From a virus (lineage: Duplodnaviria > Caudoviricetes): 64,000 nucleotides of DNA. The DNA lies in the IMG/VR virus record IMGVR_UViG_3300027996_003878; one strand, written 5' to 3'. The translations under genes were made by a program, and so were the position numbers. Shown here piece after piece: positions 46,217 through 56,922 of the stretch. Each line of letters starts with the position of its first letter. The stretch's first letter is position 1. The notes beneath the pieces are model-generated. The model did no database searches. It saw nothing but the letters and a program-made list of their open reading frames with translations, and was not told the origin of the DNA.

Positions 46217-46599
46217 CCATTAACGACTTCTTCTGCCCACATAATAGCCTCATTTAAATAATTCGTAACCTTTTCTTTCGCCTCGGGTATTGACATCCAT
46301 TCGAAACTATCATGCTCATATATTCCCGATTTAGGATTTTTAGTTATTTTGGGCGTCTGCTCTGTAGTTGCAATAAAGAAAATTAAATTAGAAAGTCTTT
46401 TACTTTTTTTGCCCCATATAAAGTCTAGCTTAGTAATTCCTGCCTCTTCCTTAGTCTCACGTAGAGCTGTGGCAAACGGCTTCTCGCCTTGATCCACTCT
46501 TCCTTTGGGCAGATCGCACAAGCCTTTGTTGTGCAAAATCAAAATTTTCCAATCACCTTTAATCCTTTTTAGAACAACAATACCAGCGCCATTTATCAT
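46213..46599 (-). CDS. NUDIX hydrolase
   Basis: LPKGRVDQGEKPFATALRETKEEAG Nudix box; likely start MINGAGIV. Confidence 0.92.
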   Translation of the reverse strand: MINGAGIVVLKRIKGDWKILILHNKGLCDLPKGRVDQGEKPFATALRETKEEAGITKLDFIWGKKSKRLSNLIFFIATTEQTPKITKNPKSGIYEHDSFEWMSIPEAKEKVTNYLNEAIMWAEEVVNG

Positions 46600-46689
46600 A
46601 TTTTTATTTTCTCTACCAAGCCTCTTCAACAAAAGCCCTGCCATAGCCAAGCGAACGTCTCTCATATAAATATATGTAAGTATGTTAAG

Positions 46690-47043
46690 ATGGCTGTAAA
46701 AAAGCATAAAAATATGATCTCCCTTACAGCAAAAGCTATTAATAAAATCAAAGAAATAGCCAAAGAAGAAGATATAAATGATCTGTGTCTAAGAATGAAA
46801 ATAATAGGCGGCGGATGTGCTGGATTTTCATATGATGTTTTTTTTGAACATTTAGAGAACGTTACAGATTTTGACGAGACGTTTAAAAATGAAGATATAA
46901 CTATTTGCATTGACCCATTAAGTTTTCAATATTTAAGTGGTTGTGAGATGGATTTTGTTACATCAAACTTCGGAGCAGGATTTAAATTTAAAAACCCAAA
47001 TGTGACATCTACATGCGGATGCGGGTCTTCAGTTTCATTTTAA
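46690..47043 (+). CDS. iscA: HesB/IscA/ErpA iron-sulfur cluster assembly protein
   Basis: GGGCAGFSY, NPNVTSTCGCGSS. Confidence 0.95.
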   Translation: MAVKKHKNMISLTAKAINKIKEIAKEEDINDLCLRMKIIGGGCAGFSYDVFFEHLENVTDFDETFKNEDITICIDPLSFQYLSGCEMDFVTSNFGAGFKFKNPNVTSTCGCGSSVSF

Positions 47044-47262
47044 ACAGCAGAGTTAAGGGTAAATTAATTCATTTTCAATCGAGAGTTCGCCTTGGCTTCG
47101 ATTGCCTGCAAAAGCAAGGTAGAAAACCCTTATGGAGTTTTTATCTCTGCAACTACGGTCATTTAAGGACCTAGCTTGCTTGTTTATTTTTTCATGTGCT
47201 TTTCGATATAAATTAAAGCCATCACAAATGGTTAAAAGAGACAAATTTAAAAGGTAACTAAA

Positions 47263-48498
47263 ATGGAAGATCGTTGGACAGATATCGTGCGCCCGTATTC
47301 TTTGGAAGATGTTAAAAGAATACGAGGCAGTATAAGAATAGACCAAACTTGGGCAAAATTAGCTTCAGAAAAACTTTGGCGTTTGATGAAGCAAAACGCC
47401 CCAGTTCGCGCACTTGGCGCAATGACTGGAAACCAAGCGATACAGCAAGTGCGCGCTGGCCTTAAGGCAATTTATGTAAGTGGCTGGCAGACGGCAGCGG
47501 ATGCAAATAGTGGTCGTCAGATGTACCCAGATCAAAGCTTATATCCTGTAAATGCTGTCCCATTGCTGATTGAAAGAATTAATAATGCACTTCAAAGATC
47601 AGACGAAATAGACGTCGCAGAAGAAAAATCAGACATTGATTGGCTTGTGCCACTTGTGGCGGATGCAGAGGCCGGATTCGGCGGTGTATTAAATGCATAC
47701 GAATTAATGAAATCAATGATTAAAGCGGGCGCTGCGGGCGTTCACTTTGAAGATCAATTAAGCAGCGAAAAAAAATGTGGTCATCTAAATTCCAAAACTT
47801 TAGTGCCTACGTCTAGCTTCATTAGAACCCTAACTGCTGCAAGATTAGCCGCAGATGTTTTAGAGGTTCCTACGGTTTTGATTGCAAGAACAGATGCAGA
47901 AAGCGCTGGATTTATAACTAGCGACGTAGACCCCCGCGATCATGATTTTATTGACAAATCAGAAAGAACTCCTGAAGGTTTTTTTAAGTTATGTGGAGAT
48001 CCTATGGAAAGATGCATACGAAGGGGACTTGCTTACGCACCCTACTCAGATCTAATTTGGATGGAAACATCCACTCCTAACCTAGGGCAGGCTAAAAAAT
48101 TTGCAGATGCAATTCATGAAAAATACCCAAATAAAAAATTAGCATACAATTGCAGTCCAAGCTTTCATTGGAAGAAATTCTTATCCTCCAACGAAATGAA
48201 AGACTTTCAAACGGAACTTGGAAAATTAAATTATACTTTTCAATTTATAACTTTAGCAGGTTTTCATGCCTTAAACTTTAGCATGTTTGAGTTAAGTCAG
48301 AATTATAAAAATAGCGAAATGTTGGGGTATTCTTCTTTGCAGGAAAAAGAATTTGAAGCCTATTCGCAGGGATACACCGCAATAAGGCACCAACATGAAG
48401 TTGGCGTTTCCTATTTTGATGAAGTTCGCAAGGTTATAAATGGTGGAGATGATAGCATGTCTGCTCTTACCGGCAGCACCGAAGACGACCAATTTTAA
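47263..48498 (+). CDS. aceA: isocitrate lyase
   Basis: [55 protein letters not shown]. Confidence 0.98.
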   Translation: MEDRWTDIVRPYSLEDVKRIRGSIRIDQTWAKLASEKLWRLMKQNAPVRALGAMTGNQAIQQVRAGLKAIYVSGWQTAADANSGRQMYPDQSLYPVNAVPLLIERINNALQRSDEIDVAEEKSDIDWLVPLVADAEAGFGGVLNAYELMKSMIKAGAAGVHFEDQLSSEKKCGHLNSKTLVPTSSFIRTLTAARLAADVLEVPTVLIARTDAESAGFITSDVDPRDHDFIDKSERTPEGFFKLCGDPMERCIRRGLAYAPYSDLIWMETSTPNLGQAKKFADAIHEKYPNKKLAYNCSPSFHWKKFLSSNEMKDFQTELGKLNYTFQFITLAGFHALNFSMFELSQNYKNSEMLGYSSLQEKEFEAYSQGYTAIRHQHEVGVSYFDEVRKVINGGDDSMSALTGSTEDDQF

Positions 48499-48513
48499 TA
48501 GGAAACAATTAAT

Positions 48514-49287
48514 ATGAAAGTTTTAAGAAAAGGCGCTAAAGGTCCAGGCGTAAAGGCTTGGCAAATTTTTTTACGAGGGCAAGGCTACCATATTATAGCT
48601 GATGCTGACTTTGGAAAAAAGACAGTGTCAGCCACTAAGGCTTTTCAAAAAAAGAAAAGACTTGTCGCTGACGGTGTTGTTGGCAATGCAACCTACGCCG
48701 TTGCAATGCTATTGGGGTTCGAGGTCATAAAAGATGATGAGTCTGACATTTACAGCGCCAACTGGCCTCCAAAGCCAGATTTTAAGCCAATAGTTGGAAC
48801 CGCTGCACGTCAAAGAATTTTTGGAAAATTCAATTTCAAGCGGATGAGAGTTAAAGGCAACCCAGAGGCGATTAGAATATTAGATAATTGGGTTGAAGAA
48901 AATATAGTTTATGTAAAAATCCCACAATTAATAGGCGTCAAAGGCACTTATAGAAGAAAAACATTCGCATTTCATAAGTTAGTCGCAGAGCCTGTTAAAG
49001 ATTTATTTCAGGCCTGGGATGATGAGGGATTGTCTGATCTTATTCTTTCGTGGGGAGGTTCTTTCGTACCTAGATTTATAAGAGGATCAAACACAAGCTT
49101 AAGCAATCACAGCTTTGGAAGTGCGTTTGATATAAATGTTCCATGGAATTATTTAGGAGCACGGCCGGCTTTAGTCGGTAAAAAGGGATCAGTAAGAAAG
49201 CTTGTGCCAATTGCCAATGAATTAGGATTCTATTGGGGCGGTCATTTCCGACGCAAAGATGGAATGCACTTTGAGTTCTGCGGATAA
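48514..49287 (+). CDS. peptidoglycan-binding domain + M15 family peptidase (endolysin-like)
   Basis: PGBD (ADADFG..T..A..AFQ...ADGVVG); SNHSFGSAFDIN, DGMHFE. Confidence 0.9.
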   Translation: MKVLRKGAKGPGVKAWQIFLRGQGYHIIADADFGKKTVSATKAFQKKKRLVADGVVGNATYAVAMLLGFEVIKDDESDIYSANWPPKPDFKPIVGTAARQRIFGKFNFKRMRVKGNPEAIRILDNWVEENIVYVKIPQLIGVKGTYRRKTFAFHKLVAEPVKDLFQAWDDEGLSDLILSWGGSFVPRFIRGSNTSLSNHSFGSAFDINVPWNYLGARPALVGKKGSVRKLVPIANELGFYWGGHFRRKDGMHFEFCG

Positions 49288-49324
49288 AAACTAAAAAATT
49301 CAATAAAAAAAAGCTACAAATTAA

Positions 49325-50920
49325 ATGAATAAAATATTATTTCCAGAATTAAAAAACGAAAACGAGAAAAAAATACTTTCTCCAGAAGCGCTTAACTTTC
49401 TAAAAGATTTATTTAATGAGTTTAATGGCAAAATAAAAAATTTATTAAAGCTAAGAGTTCGAGATGCTAAATTAATTTCAGATGGTCAGCTGCCAAATTT
49501 TCTAGAAGAGACAGAGGGTATTAGAAATTCCACTTGGCAAATCTCTTCGGTACCAAAAGACCTTCAAGATCGTAGAGTAGAAATTACAGGTCCGGTTGGA
49601 AGAAAAATCATAATTAACGCCCTTAACTCTGGCGCTAATGTTTTCATGGCTGATTTTGAAGATTCAAACTCACCGACCTGGAAAAACACTTTAGATGGAC
49701 AGATAAATCTCTTTGATGCTGTAAGAGAAGAAATAAGTTTATTTGATAAAGTAAAAAATAAAGAATATAAATTAAATAAAGATCACGCAACCTTGATGGT
49801 AAGACCTCGTGGCCTTCACTTACTTGAAAAAAATATTCTCATAGAAGACGAACCAATCCACGGCTCTTTAGTTGATTTTGGCTTGTACTTTTTTCACAAC
49901 GCACAAGAGCTTTTAGACAAAGGCTCCGGGCCTTACTTTTACTTACCAAAAATAGAGCACTTTAGAGAAGCTGCTCTATGGAATGAAGTATTTAATTTCT
50001 CACAAGATAAGTTAAATATTAAAAGAGGTACAATAAAAGCTACTGTTTTAATCGAAACTTTACCAGCTGCATTTCAGATGAATGAAATATTGTATCAGCT
50101 TAAAGATCATTCCGCCGGGCTGAACTGTGGAAGATGGGATTACATTTTTAGTTTTATAAAAACGCTAAAAGATCACGAGCAATTTACCCTTCCAAATCGA
50201 AGTGATTTGACAATGGATAAGCATTTTATGAGATCTTATACGCAATTGTTGATTCAAACATGTCACAAAAGAAAAGCACACGCTATGGGCGGCATGTCTG
50301 CATTTATACCAATTAAAAACGATGAAATGGCAAATAACGCTGCATTAGATGCCGTGAAAAAAGACAAAATGCGCGAAGTAAAAGACGGTCATGATGGAAC
50401 ATGGGTTGCGCACCCTGGATTAGTTGAAATGACAAGAAAAATCTTTGACGAGTACATGCCGACAAAGAATCAAATCAATAATAAAAGAGAAGACGTAAGC
50501 ATAACTGCAAATGATTTACTTCAAACCCCTCAAGGCGAGAGAACTGAAGATGATATTAGAAAAAATATAAACGTGTCATTGCAGTATATAAATTCCTGGC
50601 TATCAGGGACTGGCTGCGTTCCCATTAACAATTTAATGGAAGACGCAGCGACCGTTGAAATATCTAGAGCGTTAATATGGCAATGGATAAAATTTAAGGT
50701 AAAAACCGACAGCGGTATAATTGTAAGTAAAGAAAAAATTCAAAAATTACTGCTTGACGAAGTCGCCAAATTAAAAACAGATAAAAATATCAAAGAAAAC
50801 AACGAGACATTTAAAAAAGCAATTGAAATATTCTCAAATGTTTCAATGAATACAAGTAATTTTAATAATTTCCTAACAACCGATGCTTATGAAGAGCTAA
50901 TCAAAATATCCCAAACATGA
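49325..50920 (+). CDS. aceB: malate synthase A
   Basis: DRRVEITGP, ADFEDS, VRPRGLHL, GLNCGRWDYIFS, AMGGMSA, DGTWVAHP, MEDAATVEISR. Confidence 0.98.
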   Translation: MNKILFPELKNENEKKILSPEALNFLKDLFNEFNGKIKNLLKLRVRDAKLISDGQLPNFLEETEGIRNSTWQISSVPKDLQDRRVEITGPVGRKIIINALNSGANVFMADFEDSNSPTWKNTLDGQINLFDAVREEISLFDKVKNKEYKLNKDHATLMVRPRGLHLLEKNILIEDEPIHGSLVDFGLYFFHNAQELLDKGSGPYFYLPKIEHFREAALWNEVFNFSQDKLNIKRGTIKATVLIETLPAAFQMNEILYQLKDHSAGLNCGRWDYIFSFIKTLKDHEQFTLPNRSDLTMDKHFMRSYTQLLIQTCHKRKAHAMGGMSAFIPIKNDEMANNAALDAVKKDKMREVKDGHDGTWVAHPGLVEMTRKIFDEYMPTKNQINNKREDVSITANDLLQTPQGERTEDDIRKNINVSLQYINSWLSGTGCVPINNLMEDAATVEISRALIWQWIKFKVKTDSGIIVSKEKIQKLLLDEVAKLKTDKNIKENNETFKKAIEIFSNVSMNTSNFNNFLTTDAYEELIKISQT

Positions 50921-51249
50921 AAAAAGAAAAAAAACAATTAGAAGAATCTTTATACGAGCTACAGCAAAATGTTCCATTTAACTTCCTTCTATTACTTTGT
51001 GTCATATTAATGATTCTTGGTAATATAATCAGCGGAGCCATGACAGCTGGTTTGTTTATCTGGAACGCTGTTTTATTGTACTTTTCACTTAATTTCTTTA
51101 TAAATTCAATAAAGTTAAGGGCGAAAAATTTACAGGAAATTTTAGAGTCCCAAGAGGCATTTGAATTTCATGACTATGAAGAATCATCGCCTAAAAAGAA
51201 AGAGACAGGGGAGGAGGGGAGAGCAGAGAAAGATGACTCAGAGAAATGA
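50917..51249 (+). CDS. membrane protein
   Basis: Two TM segments and a charged tail. Confidence 0.7.
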   Translation: MKKEKKQLEESLYELQQNVPFNFLLLLCVILMILGNIISGAMTAGLFIWNAVLLYFSLNFFINSIKLRAKNLQEILESQEAFEFHDYEESSPKKKETGEEGRAEKDDSEK

Positions 51250-52262
51250 AGATAATTTATAGTGCAGGCAACAGAGTCGGGTCAAGCTCGCAATTATTTA
51301 GATTCTTTAATAAAGTATCAAATGAGCATAATATAAAAATAGCTGCATATATAAATTCTAGTGATCATTTTTCGCATATTAATTGGACATTAGACTCTTT
51401 TTATAACAAATATTCTGACAAGAAAGTATCCAAATTAAAAAAGATTATTGAATCAAAACATATGCCAAGAATAAGTGTGAAAGAAGCAATAAATTTCTTG
51501 GAGGATGTTGATCGGTTTGAGCCTGATCTGATAATTTCGGATGGCGAGCAAATATCCGCATTGATAGCGGCCTCATTAGGGGTAAGGCTTTGGTACTGTA
51601 GCCCTTTGCTTTTGCTAGTCAACATGAATTGCAATGAAATAGAAACAAAATATAGACACTCATTAGAAAATACAAAAAGAATAATTTCAGAACTACCAGA
51701 TGCCGAAAGAAACTTTATATACTCTCCATTTGAACTAGTAAAAGAAAGATTTTCAACAAAAGAAAATTATGAATGGATTACCCCTTACCATCATTCAGTT
51801 GAAAGTTTAGAAAAAGATGAAACGTCTTATTTAGCTGTTGTTCCTGACAGCCAACGGCAGCTTAAAATTCAAAAAACATTAAAATGCTCATTAGACAACT
51901 TTTCATTATATAATAATAGCTTCGAGTCAAGTAAAGAAAAAAAATTAAAATATACAAAGCAACTATCAGTTGCAAGCTGGGTGTTCACGACGGGCGAGAC
52001 CAGCTATCTTAGTGATGCTATTTATAATAATGTAGATAAGATGTGTATATCGCCATGTATGAAAGATTCAGAATCACTATTGAACGCATCATTGGTAAGA
52101 GCCTTTGGTTTAGGCTATGAGGCGGGTCAAATAGAGCTTTTAGATAAGTATTCAGTGTGCGAAATACAGCGATCTTTAGAGCGTGGTTATAATCATTTAA
52201 ATACAAACAAATTAAGAGTCCAAAATACTTTAGACGAAAAGGTTAAAGAAATATGCATATAG
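51246..52262 (+). CDS. degenerate GT-B glycosyltransferase-like protein (MJ1255-like)
   Basis: MKIIYS, FEPDLIISD.E, TTGETS.LSDAIY. Confidence 0.6.
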   Translation: MKIIYSAGNRVGSSSQLFRFFNKVSNEHNIKIAAYINSSDHFSHINWTLDSFYNKYSDKKVSKLKKIIESKHMPRISVKEAINFLEDVDRFEPDLIISDGEQISALIAASLGVRLWYCSPLLLLVNMNCNEIETKYRHSLENTKRIISELPDAERNFIYSPFELVKERFSTKENYEWITPYHHSVESLEKDETSYLAVVPDSQRQLKIQKTLKCSLDNFSLYNNSFESSKEKKLKYTKQLSVASWVFTTGETSYLSDAIYNNVDKMCISPCMKDSESLLNASLVRAFGLGYEAGQIELLDKYSVCEIQRSLERGYNHLNTNKLRVQNTLDEKVKEICI

Positions 52263-52918
52263 CATTTGATATAGGTAACGTTTTCTTTGAGTTAGAATTG
52301 GGCAATTTTACAGAGGAATTTGACGCTTACTTTAAAGGTAGATATGATTCAATTTTATTCTTAAAAGAACTGCAAGGTCCTCAAGATACCGGCTTAACAA
52401 ATATAAGAAGAAACTTAGAGATATTAATACATAAAATTTATCCTAAAGAAAGCTCAAGCTCAATAAACGAATCAATTGACAAGCTGTGCGGGGCTTGGTG
52501 TAATATTTTGAAACCATCAGAGATAATGTTAGAATTCTCTGAAGAATTAAAAAATGATGGGATTAAGGTTGCATTGCTAAGCAACGTTGGGCAAGAGCAT
52601 GCAGAATATTTAAGTAACAATTATTCCAATCTTTTTAATAATGCCACCTTGCATTTAAGCTATGAAGTTGGGGCTAGGAAGCCCAGCGATTTATACTTCA
52701 AAAGCTTTTTGTCGGATCATCCTGATTTTAAAAATTGCATATACTTAGATGATTTAAAAGAAAATGTAGATAAAGGATTAAAATATAAATTTGACGCTCG
52801 TGTGTTTAATATTAACGATTTTAAAAGCGCTGAAAATAAATTAAAAGAATATATTAAAAAAATCAAAGAAGATATAAAAGTCTCCAGAAATATGGCTGGA
52901 TGTGATTTTTATATATAA
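52253..52918 (+). CDS. HAD-superfamily phosphatase
   Basis: FDIGNV, LLSN, RKPS, YLDD..ENV. Confidence 0.9.
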   Translation: MHIAFDIGNVFFELELGNFTEEFDAYFKGRYDSILFLKELQGPQDTGLTNIRRNLEILIHKIYPKESSSSINESIDKLCGAWCNILKPSEIMLEFSEELKNDGIKVALLSNVGQEHAEYLSNNYSNLFNNATLHLSYEVGARKPSDLYFKSFLSDHPDFKNCIYLDDLKENVDKGLKYKFDARVFNINDFKSAENKLKEYIKKIKEDIKVSRNMAGCDFYI

Positions 52919-52954
52919 TTACGCCGGCCTTGTTATATACAATACAGGACCATA

Positions 52955-53125
52955 ATGATCTTTTATAAGAAATTAACGCAGGAAGAGGTTTTGGAGGCAA
53001 TAGCTCATTTGACCGTGCAAACTTTACCTGAAGATGTAAAAGGTGAAATAATTTTACATGCTTACGATGATGGATCTATTGAAATAACAGTGGTTGAGGA
53101 CGCTAAAGGCACTTCATTAAATTAA
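52955..53125 (+). CDS. small hypothetical protein (56 aa)
   Basis: MIFYKKLTQEEVLEAIAHL...; AGGA SD. Confidence 0.55.
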   Translation: MIFYKKLTQEEVLEAIAHLTVQTLPEDVKGEIILHAYDDGSIEITVVEDAKGTSLN

Positions 53126-53149
53126 ATATTTCTTATAAAATATCCCACT

Positions 53150-53178
53150 TGACTTGCGAAAAATTGATACCTATTATC
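53150..53178 (+). promoter_or_regulatory. sigma70-like promoter upstream of Hsp20
   Basis: TTGACT-N17-TATTAT. Confidence 0.55.
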
Positions 53179-53185
53179 ACGCAGC

Positions 53186-53692
53186 ATGCTAATGGCGTGC
53201 CTAACAAAAAAAAGGTGTCAAATGATGAATCCATATTTTACAAACCCAATAGCCAGCCTCTTTGATGAATTAACCAATATTAGCAATAATTGGGATACAA
53301 AAGATGCAAGCGCTTATGCTAATAATATATTAAATTCAAAGTCACTAACGGTAAGGTTTAGTAGCGTAGAGGATAATGATTATTATTATATAAGAGTTTT
53401 GTCTCCTGGATTTAAAGAGGATGAATTAAATATCTCAATTCAGCAAAATCGCCTCACGGTTACCGCAAAGAAGGGTGAAAAAGTAGTAAATAACTACAAT
53501 CAGCTGTTTTGCTCTGAAGTAAATGGCTTTGAAAAGTCATTTTTAATTCCGCAAAACATTGACACTGCAAAAATAACAGCAGAATATAGATCTGGCATTC
53601 TTGTTGTTTCAATTCCAAAGCAAAACATTAATAAAGAAGAGCCGCAAAATATAAAAATATCATTTGGCGATAAAGCTGCAATTCAAAATTAG
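53186..53692 (+). CDS. Hsp20/alpha-crystallin small heat shock protein
   Basis: PGFKEDELNI, FEKSF.IP..ID..KI.AEY.SGILVVSIPK; start may be the later MMNPYF. Confidence 0.92.
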   Translation: MLMACLTKKRCQMMNPYFTNPIASLFDELTNISNNWDTKDASAYANNILNSKSLTVRFSSVEDNDYYYIRVLSPGFKEDELNISIQQNRLTVTAKKGEKVVNNYNQLFCSEVNGFEKSFLIPQNIDTAKITAEYRSGILVVSIPKQNINKEEPQNIKISFGDKAAIQN

Positions 53693-53712
53693 CTCATCAT
53701 ACATTTGTCGAT

Positions 53713-53751
53713 AATCCCCACTGCTCTATGTTAGTAGTGGGGATTCTTTTT
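53713..53751 (+). terminator. intrinsic terminator
   Basis: ATCCCCACTGCT-loop-AGTAGTGGGGAT-TCTTTTT. Confidence 0.85.
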
Positions 53752-53761
53752 AATTAACTAT

Positions 53762-54805
53762 TTGGATGAAAGTATGAACGTTACCAAAGGCCTTACATTT
53801 GATGATGTCTTGCTTGTACCGAAACACAGCAAAATATCTAGTAGAAAATTAATTAATTTAGATTTAAATTTAAGCAATGATGTAAAATTAAATATTCCTG
53901 TCGTTTCAGCTAATATGAAAAATGTTACTGAGGCAGAAATGGCAACGGCAATATCCAATCAAGGCGGCCTTGCACTGCTGCATCGCTTTTGCTCTATAGA
54001 AAAGCAAATTAAAATGTTCACAGAATCAACTCAAGGGGGACAGCAGAACGTAGGATGCTCTGTTGGTGTTGGCAAGGAAGATTCTGAAAAGGCTGATTTG
54101 CTTTATGATAAGGGCTGCAAGATTTTTTGTGTCGATGTAGCTCACGGAGATCATGAAAATTGCTGCCGCACAACTAATTACCTAGCAAATAAATTTGACG
54201 ATTGTCTTATAATCTCAGGGAACGTTTGCACTGGTGAGGGGGCTAAAAGGCTTTTCAATTCGGGTGCTAAAGTGATTAAGGTCGGAGTGGGGCCTGGAAG
54301 TCTTTGCACTACACGGATTGACACCGGCAACGGTTATCCTCAGCTTACAGCCCTAGAGAGCGTTTTTAATGAGAGTAGATCTTGGAATTATGCCTTAAAG
54401 CATGAGAGAAATAGAAAATTCAAGATTATAGCTGATGGCGGCATTAGGAATGGCGGCGACATTATTAAAGCTTTGTGCTTTTCAGATTCAGTAATGCTTG
54501 GCAGCTTGCTTGCAGGAACTGACGAAGCGCCCGGCAACATAATTAAATTAGACGGCAAAACTTACAAAGAGTATGCGGGCAGCAGTACTCATAAAAATAA
54601 TTACATTGAAGGTGTAAAAGCAATAGTTCCAATAAAAGGCCCTGTTACGAGCATAATTACAAGGTTAATGGAAGGATTGAGGAGCGGCCTTTCCTATCAG
54701 GGTTGCACCGATCTAGAGGAGCTTAAAGTACATCCAGAATTTGTATCCATCAGCAACGCCGGCTTAATCGAAAGCCGGCCGCACGATGTTATAATATCTT
54801 CTTAA
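53762..54805 (+). CDS. IMP dehydrogenase / GMP reductase family (no CBS domains)
   Basis: LTFDDVLLVP, DVAHG, GVGPGSLCTTR, IIADGGI, EGV. Confidence 0.93.
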   Translation: MDESMNVTKGLTFDDVLLVPKHSKISSRKLINLDLNLSNDVKLNIPVVSANMKNVTEAEMATAISNQGGLALLHRFCSIEKQIKMFTESTQGGQQNVGCSVGVGKEDSEKADLLYDKGCKIFCVDVAHGDHENCCRTTNYLANKFDDCLIISGNVCTGEGAKRLFNSGAKVIKVGVGPGSLCTTRIDTGNGYPQLTALESVFNESRSWNYALKHERNRKFKIIADGGIRNGGDIIKALCFSDSVMLGSLLAGTDEAPGNIIKLDGKTYKEYAGSSTHKNNYIEGVKAIVPIKGPVTSIITRLMEGLRSGLSYQGCTDLEELKVHPEFVSISNAGLIESRPHDVIISS

Positions 54806-54850
54806 AATATTATAATAAATAATTAAGCTCAACTTAGAAGGAGTGCTGTT

Positions 54851-55702
54851 GTGTATATTATGCAGGAATACGACGAGGCTCTGAGGCACATTATTAAAAA
54901 TGGAGTTAGAAGATCAAATCGTACAAATATAGATACGATATCTGTATTTGGATATCAGGCTAGATACTCAATATCTGAACATTTCCCAATTTTAACAAAA
55001 AGGAAAATGTTTTACAAATCTATATTTAAAGAATTATTATGGATTCTTTCAGGCTCTACAAATGTTAATGAGCTAGAGTCAATGGGATCAAAAATTTGGT
55101 CCGCATGGCGAGATAAAGGATTTGAAAATAGCAATGGGTATGACGATGGTGATTTAGGTCCAATTTACGGCTGGCAATTAAGGCATTTTGGCGGCGATTA
55201 CAAAGACAAAAAGTCGGGCTTTGATCAGCTAAAATATGTGGCTAATGAGTTAAAAAATAATAAATTCTCTCGTAGAATTTTATTCACTTACTGGAATGCC
55301 CCCGATGTAACCAGCAATCGAGTAAAACTACCGCCGTGCCATCACACATTTCAACTTTATGTTGATAATAATGACAGATTAAGCGGAATGCTGTATCAAA
55401 GATCTGCGGACTATCCAATTGGAGTTCCAGCAAATATTCAATTCTACTCCGCCTTAATATATATGCTAGCTCAGCAGTGTGGAAATCAATTTACACCTCA
55501 TGAGCTTATTCACTCTACAGGTGATAGCCATATTTACCTCAATCAAGTTGACGCGGTTGAAGAATACTTAAACAGAGAAAAAACAAACTCCCCTAAATTA
55601 ATATTAAATAAAGCTAAAGATATTTTCTCTTATTCTATAAATGACTTTGAAGTAATTAATTATAATCCACAAGGAAAAATAAAAATACCTGTAGAAGTGT
55701 AG
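54851..55702 (+). CDS. thyA: thymidylate synthase
   Basis: LGPIYGWQLR, LPPCH, YQRSAD...GVPAN. Confidence 0.97.
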   Translation: MYIMQEYDEALRHIIKNGVRRSNRTNIDTISVFGYQARYSISEHFPILTKRKMFYKSIFKELLWILSGSTNVNELESMGSKIWSAWRDKGFENSNGYDDGDLGPIYGWQLRHFGGDYKDKKSGFDQLKYVANELKNNKFSRRILFTYWNAPDVTSNRVKLPPCHHTFQLYVDNNDRLSGMLYQRSADYPIGVPANIQFYSALIYMLAQQCGNQFTPHELIHSTGDSHIYLNQVDAVEEYLNREKTNSPKLILNKAKDIFSYSINDFEVINYNPQGKIKIPVEV

Positions 55703-55708
55703 TAAAAA

Positions 55709-56224
55709 ATGTTTAATATCATTGTTGCTACTGACAAAAACCAGGGTATCGGTAAAAATGGAAAATTACCATGGAAGCTAAGGGCTGACATGCAATTTTT
55801 CAAAAAAACAACCACGTTTTGTCCAGAAAGTAATATGAAAAATGCAGTCATTATGGGCAGAAAAACTTATGAGTCAATTCCCTTAAAATTTAGACCGCTG
55901 AATAATCGTTTAAATATAGTATTGACAAAAAATCATGAATATAAGCAAGATAATGTCATTACTGCACATCAGTTTGATGAGGTTTTAGAAATGTTAGACA
56001 AAAAGTCTGATATATATAACGTTTTTATAATAGGCGGAGGTGAAATATACAAAGAAGCTATATTTCACAGCCAATGCAAGCGAGTATATAGAACTGTAAT
56101 AAATAAAAATTTCAATTGCGATACGTTTTTTCCAAAATTCGAAAGTAAATTCTACCTAGAAAACGAATCAAATTTAAAATTTGAAAATGAAATAAGTTAT
56201 CAGTTTCAAACTTGGAGTAAATAA
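55709..56224 (+). CDS. folA: dihydrofolate reductase
   Basis: GIGKNGKLPW, IMGRKT, RPL.NR.NIV, IIGGGEIY, CDTFFP. Confidence 0.97.
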   Translation: MFNIIVATDKNQGIGKNGKLPWKLRADMQFFKKTTTFCPESNMKNAVIMGRKTYESIPLKFRPLNNRLNIVLTKNHEYKQDNVITAHQFDEVLEMLDKKSDIYNVFIIGGGEIYKEAIFHSQCKRVYRTVINKNFNCDTFFPKFESKFYLENESNLKFENEISYQFQTWSK

Positions 56225-56238
56225 AATGGAGAGTTAAT

Positions 56239-56922
56239 ATGTTAAGTTTTATAAAATTTATTCAAATTCCTGTAATTTCAACATCATTTCTAGTGCTGGC
56301 AAATGCTGGCAATTTAAAAAAACCAACATGTCCAGCCGATATGGTGGCTGTAAATAACAATACATGCATAGACAAATACGAATGGCCAAATAAAAAGGGA
56401 GAGCTGCCCTTAGTTGGGGCTAGCGGCTTGCCAGAGCCACGAGACATTAAGAATAAAGAGACTTGGGATGCAGACTCTTTTTGCAAAAGTGTTGGAAAAA
56501 GAGTTTGCTGGGCCGATGAGTGGGTTAAGGCTTGTAAAGGAAAAAACAACTCGCCCTATCCATGGGGAAGTCAAGTTCCAAAGTACATTCCAGGTGAGTT
56601 TGACTCGCATTTGGCTTGTAACTTTGGAAAGCAATATATTGGACCAGATGAGTATAAGATATACCTGAGGGATAAGAAGGAGATGGCTAGGCTTGATCTC
56701 CGAGAGCCTAGTGGCGAGCGCAATCAGTGCAAAAGCGAAGTAGGCGCCTTTGATATGGTAGGAAATGTCGAAGAGTGGGTTCGATGTCGCAGTAAAACTG
56801 GCTGGTGCTTAGCGGGAAGGTATTGGTCTGAATTGTACAGATGCGATCAGCTAATTGGCTCACACGCACCAAAATGGCACTATTATCAATCAGGATTTAG
56901 GTGCTGCAAAGATTTGAATTAA
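56239..56922 (+). CDS. FGE-sulfatase (SUMF1/EgtB/PvdO) domain secreted protein
   Basis: CPADMV, CIDKYE, EW.KAC, YPWG, DMVGNVEEW, GFRCC. Confidence 0.88.
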   Translation: MLSFIKFIQIPVISTSFLVLANAGNLKKPTCPADMVAVNNNTCIDKYEWPNKKGELPLVGASGLPEPRDIKNKETWDADSFCKSVGKRVCWADEWVKACKGKNNSPYPWGSQVPKYIPGEFDSHLACNFGKQYIGPDEYKIYLRDKKEMARLDLREPSGERNQCKSEVGAFDMVGNVEEWVRCRSKTGWCLAGRYWSELYRCDQLIGSHAPKWHYYQSGFRCCKDLN

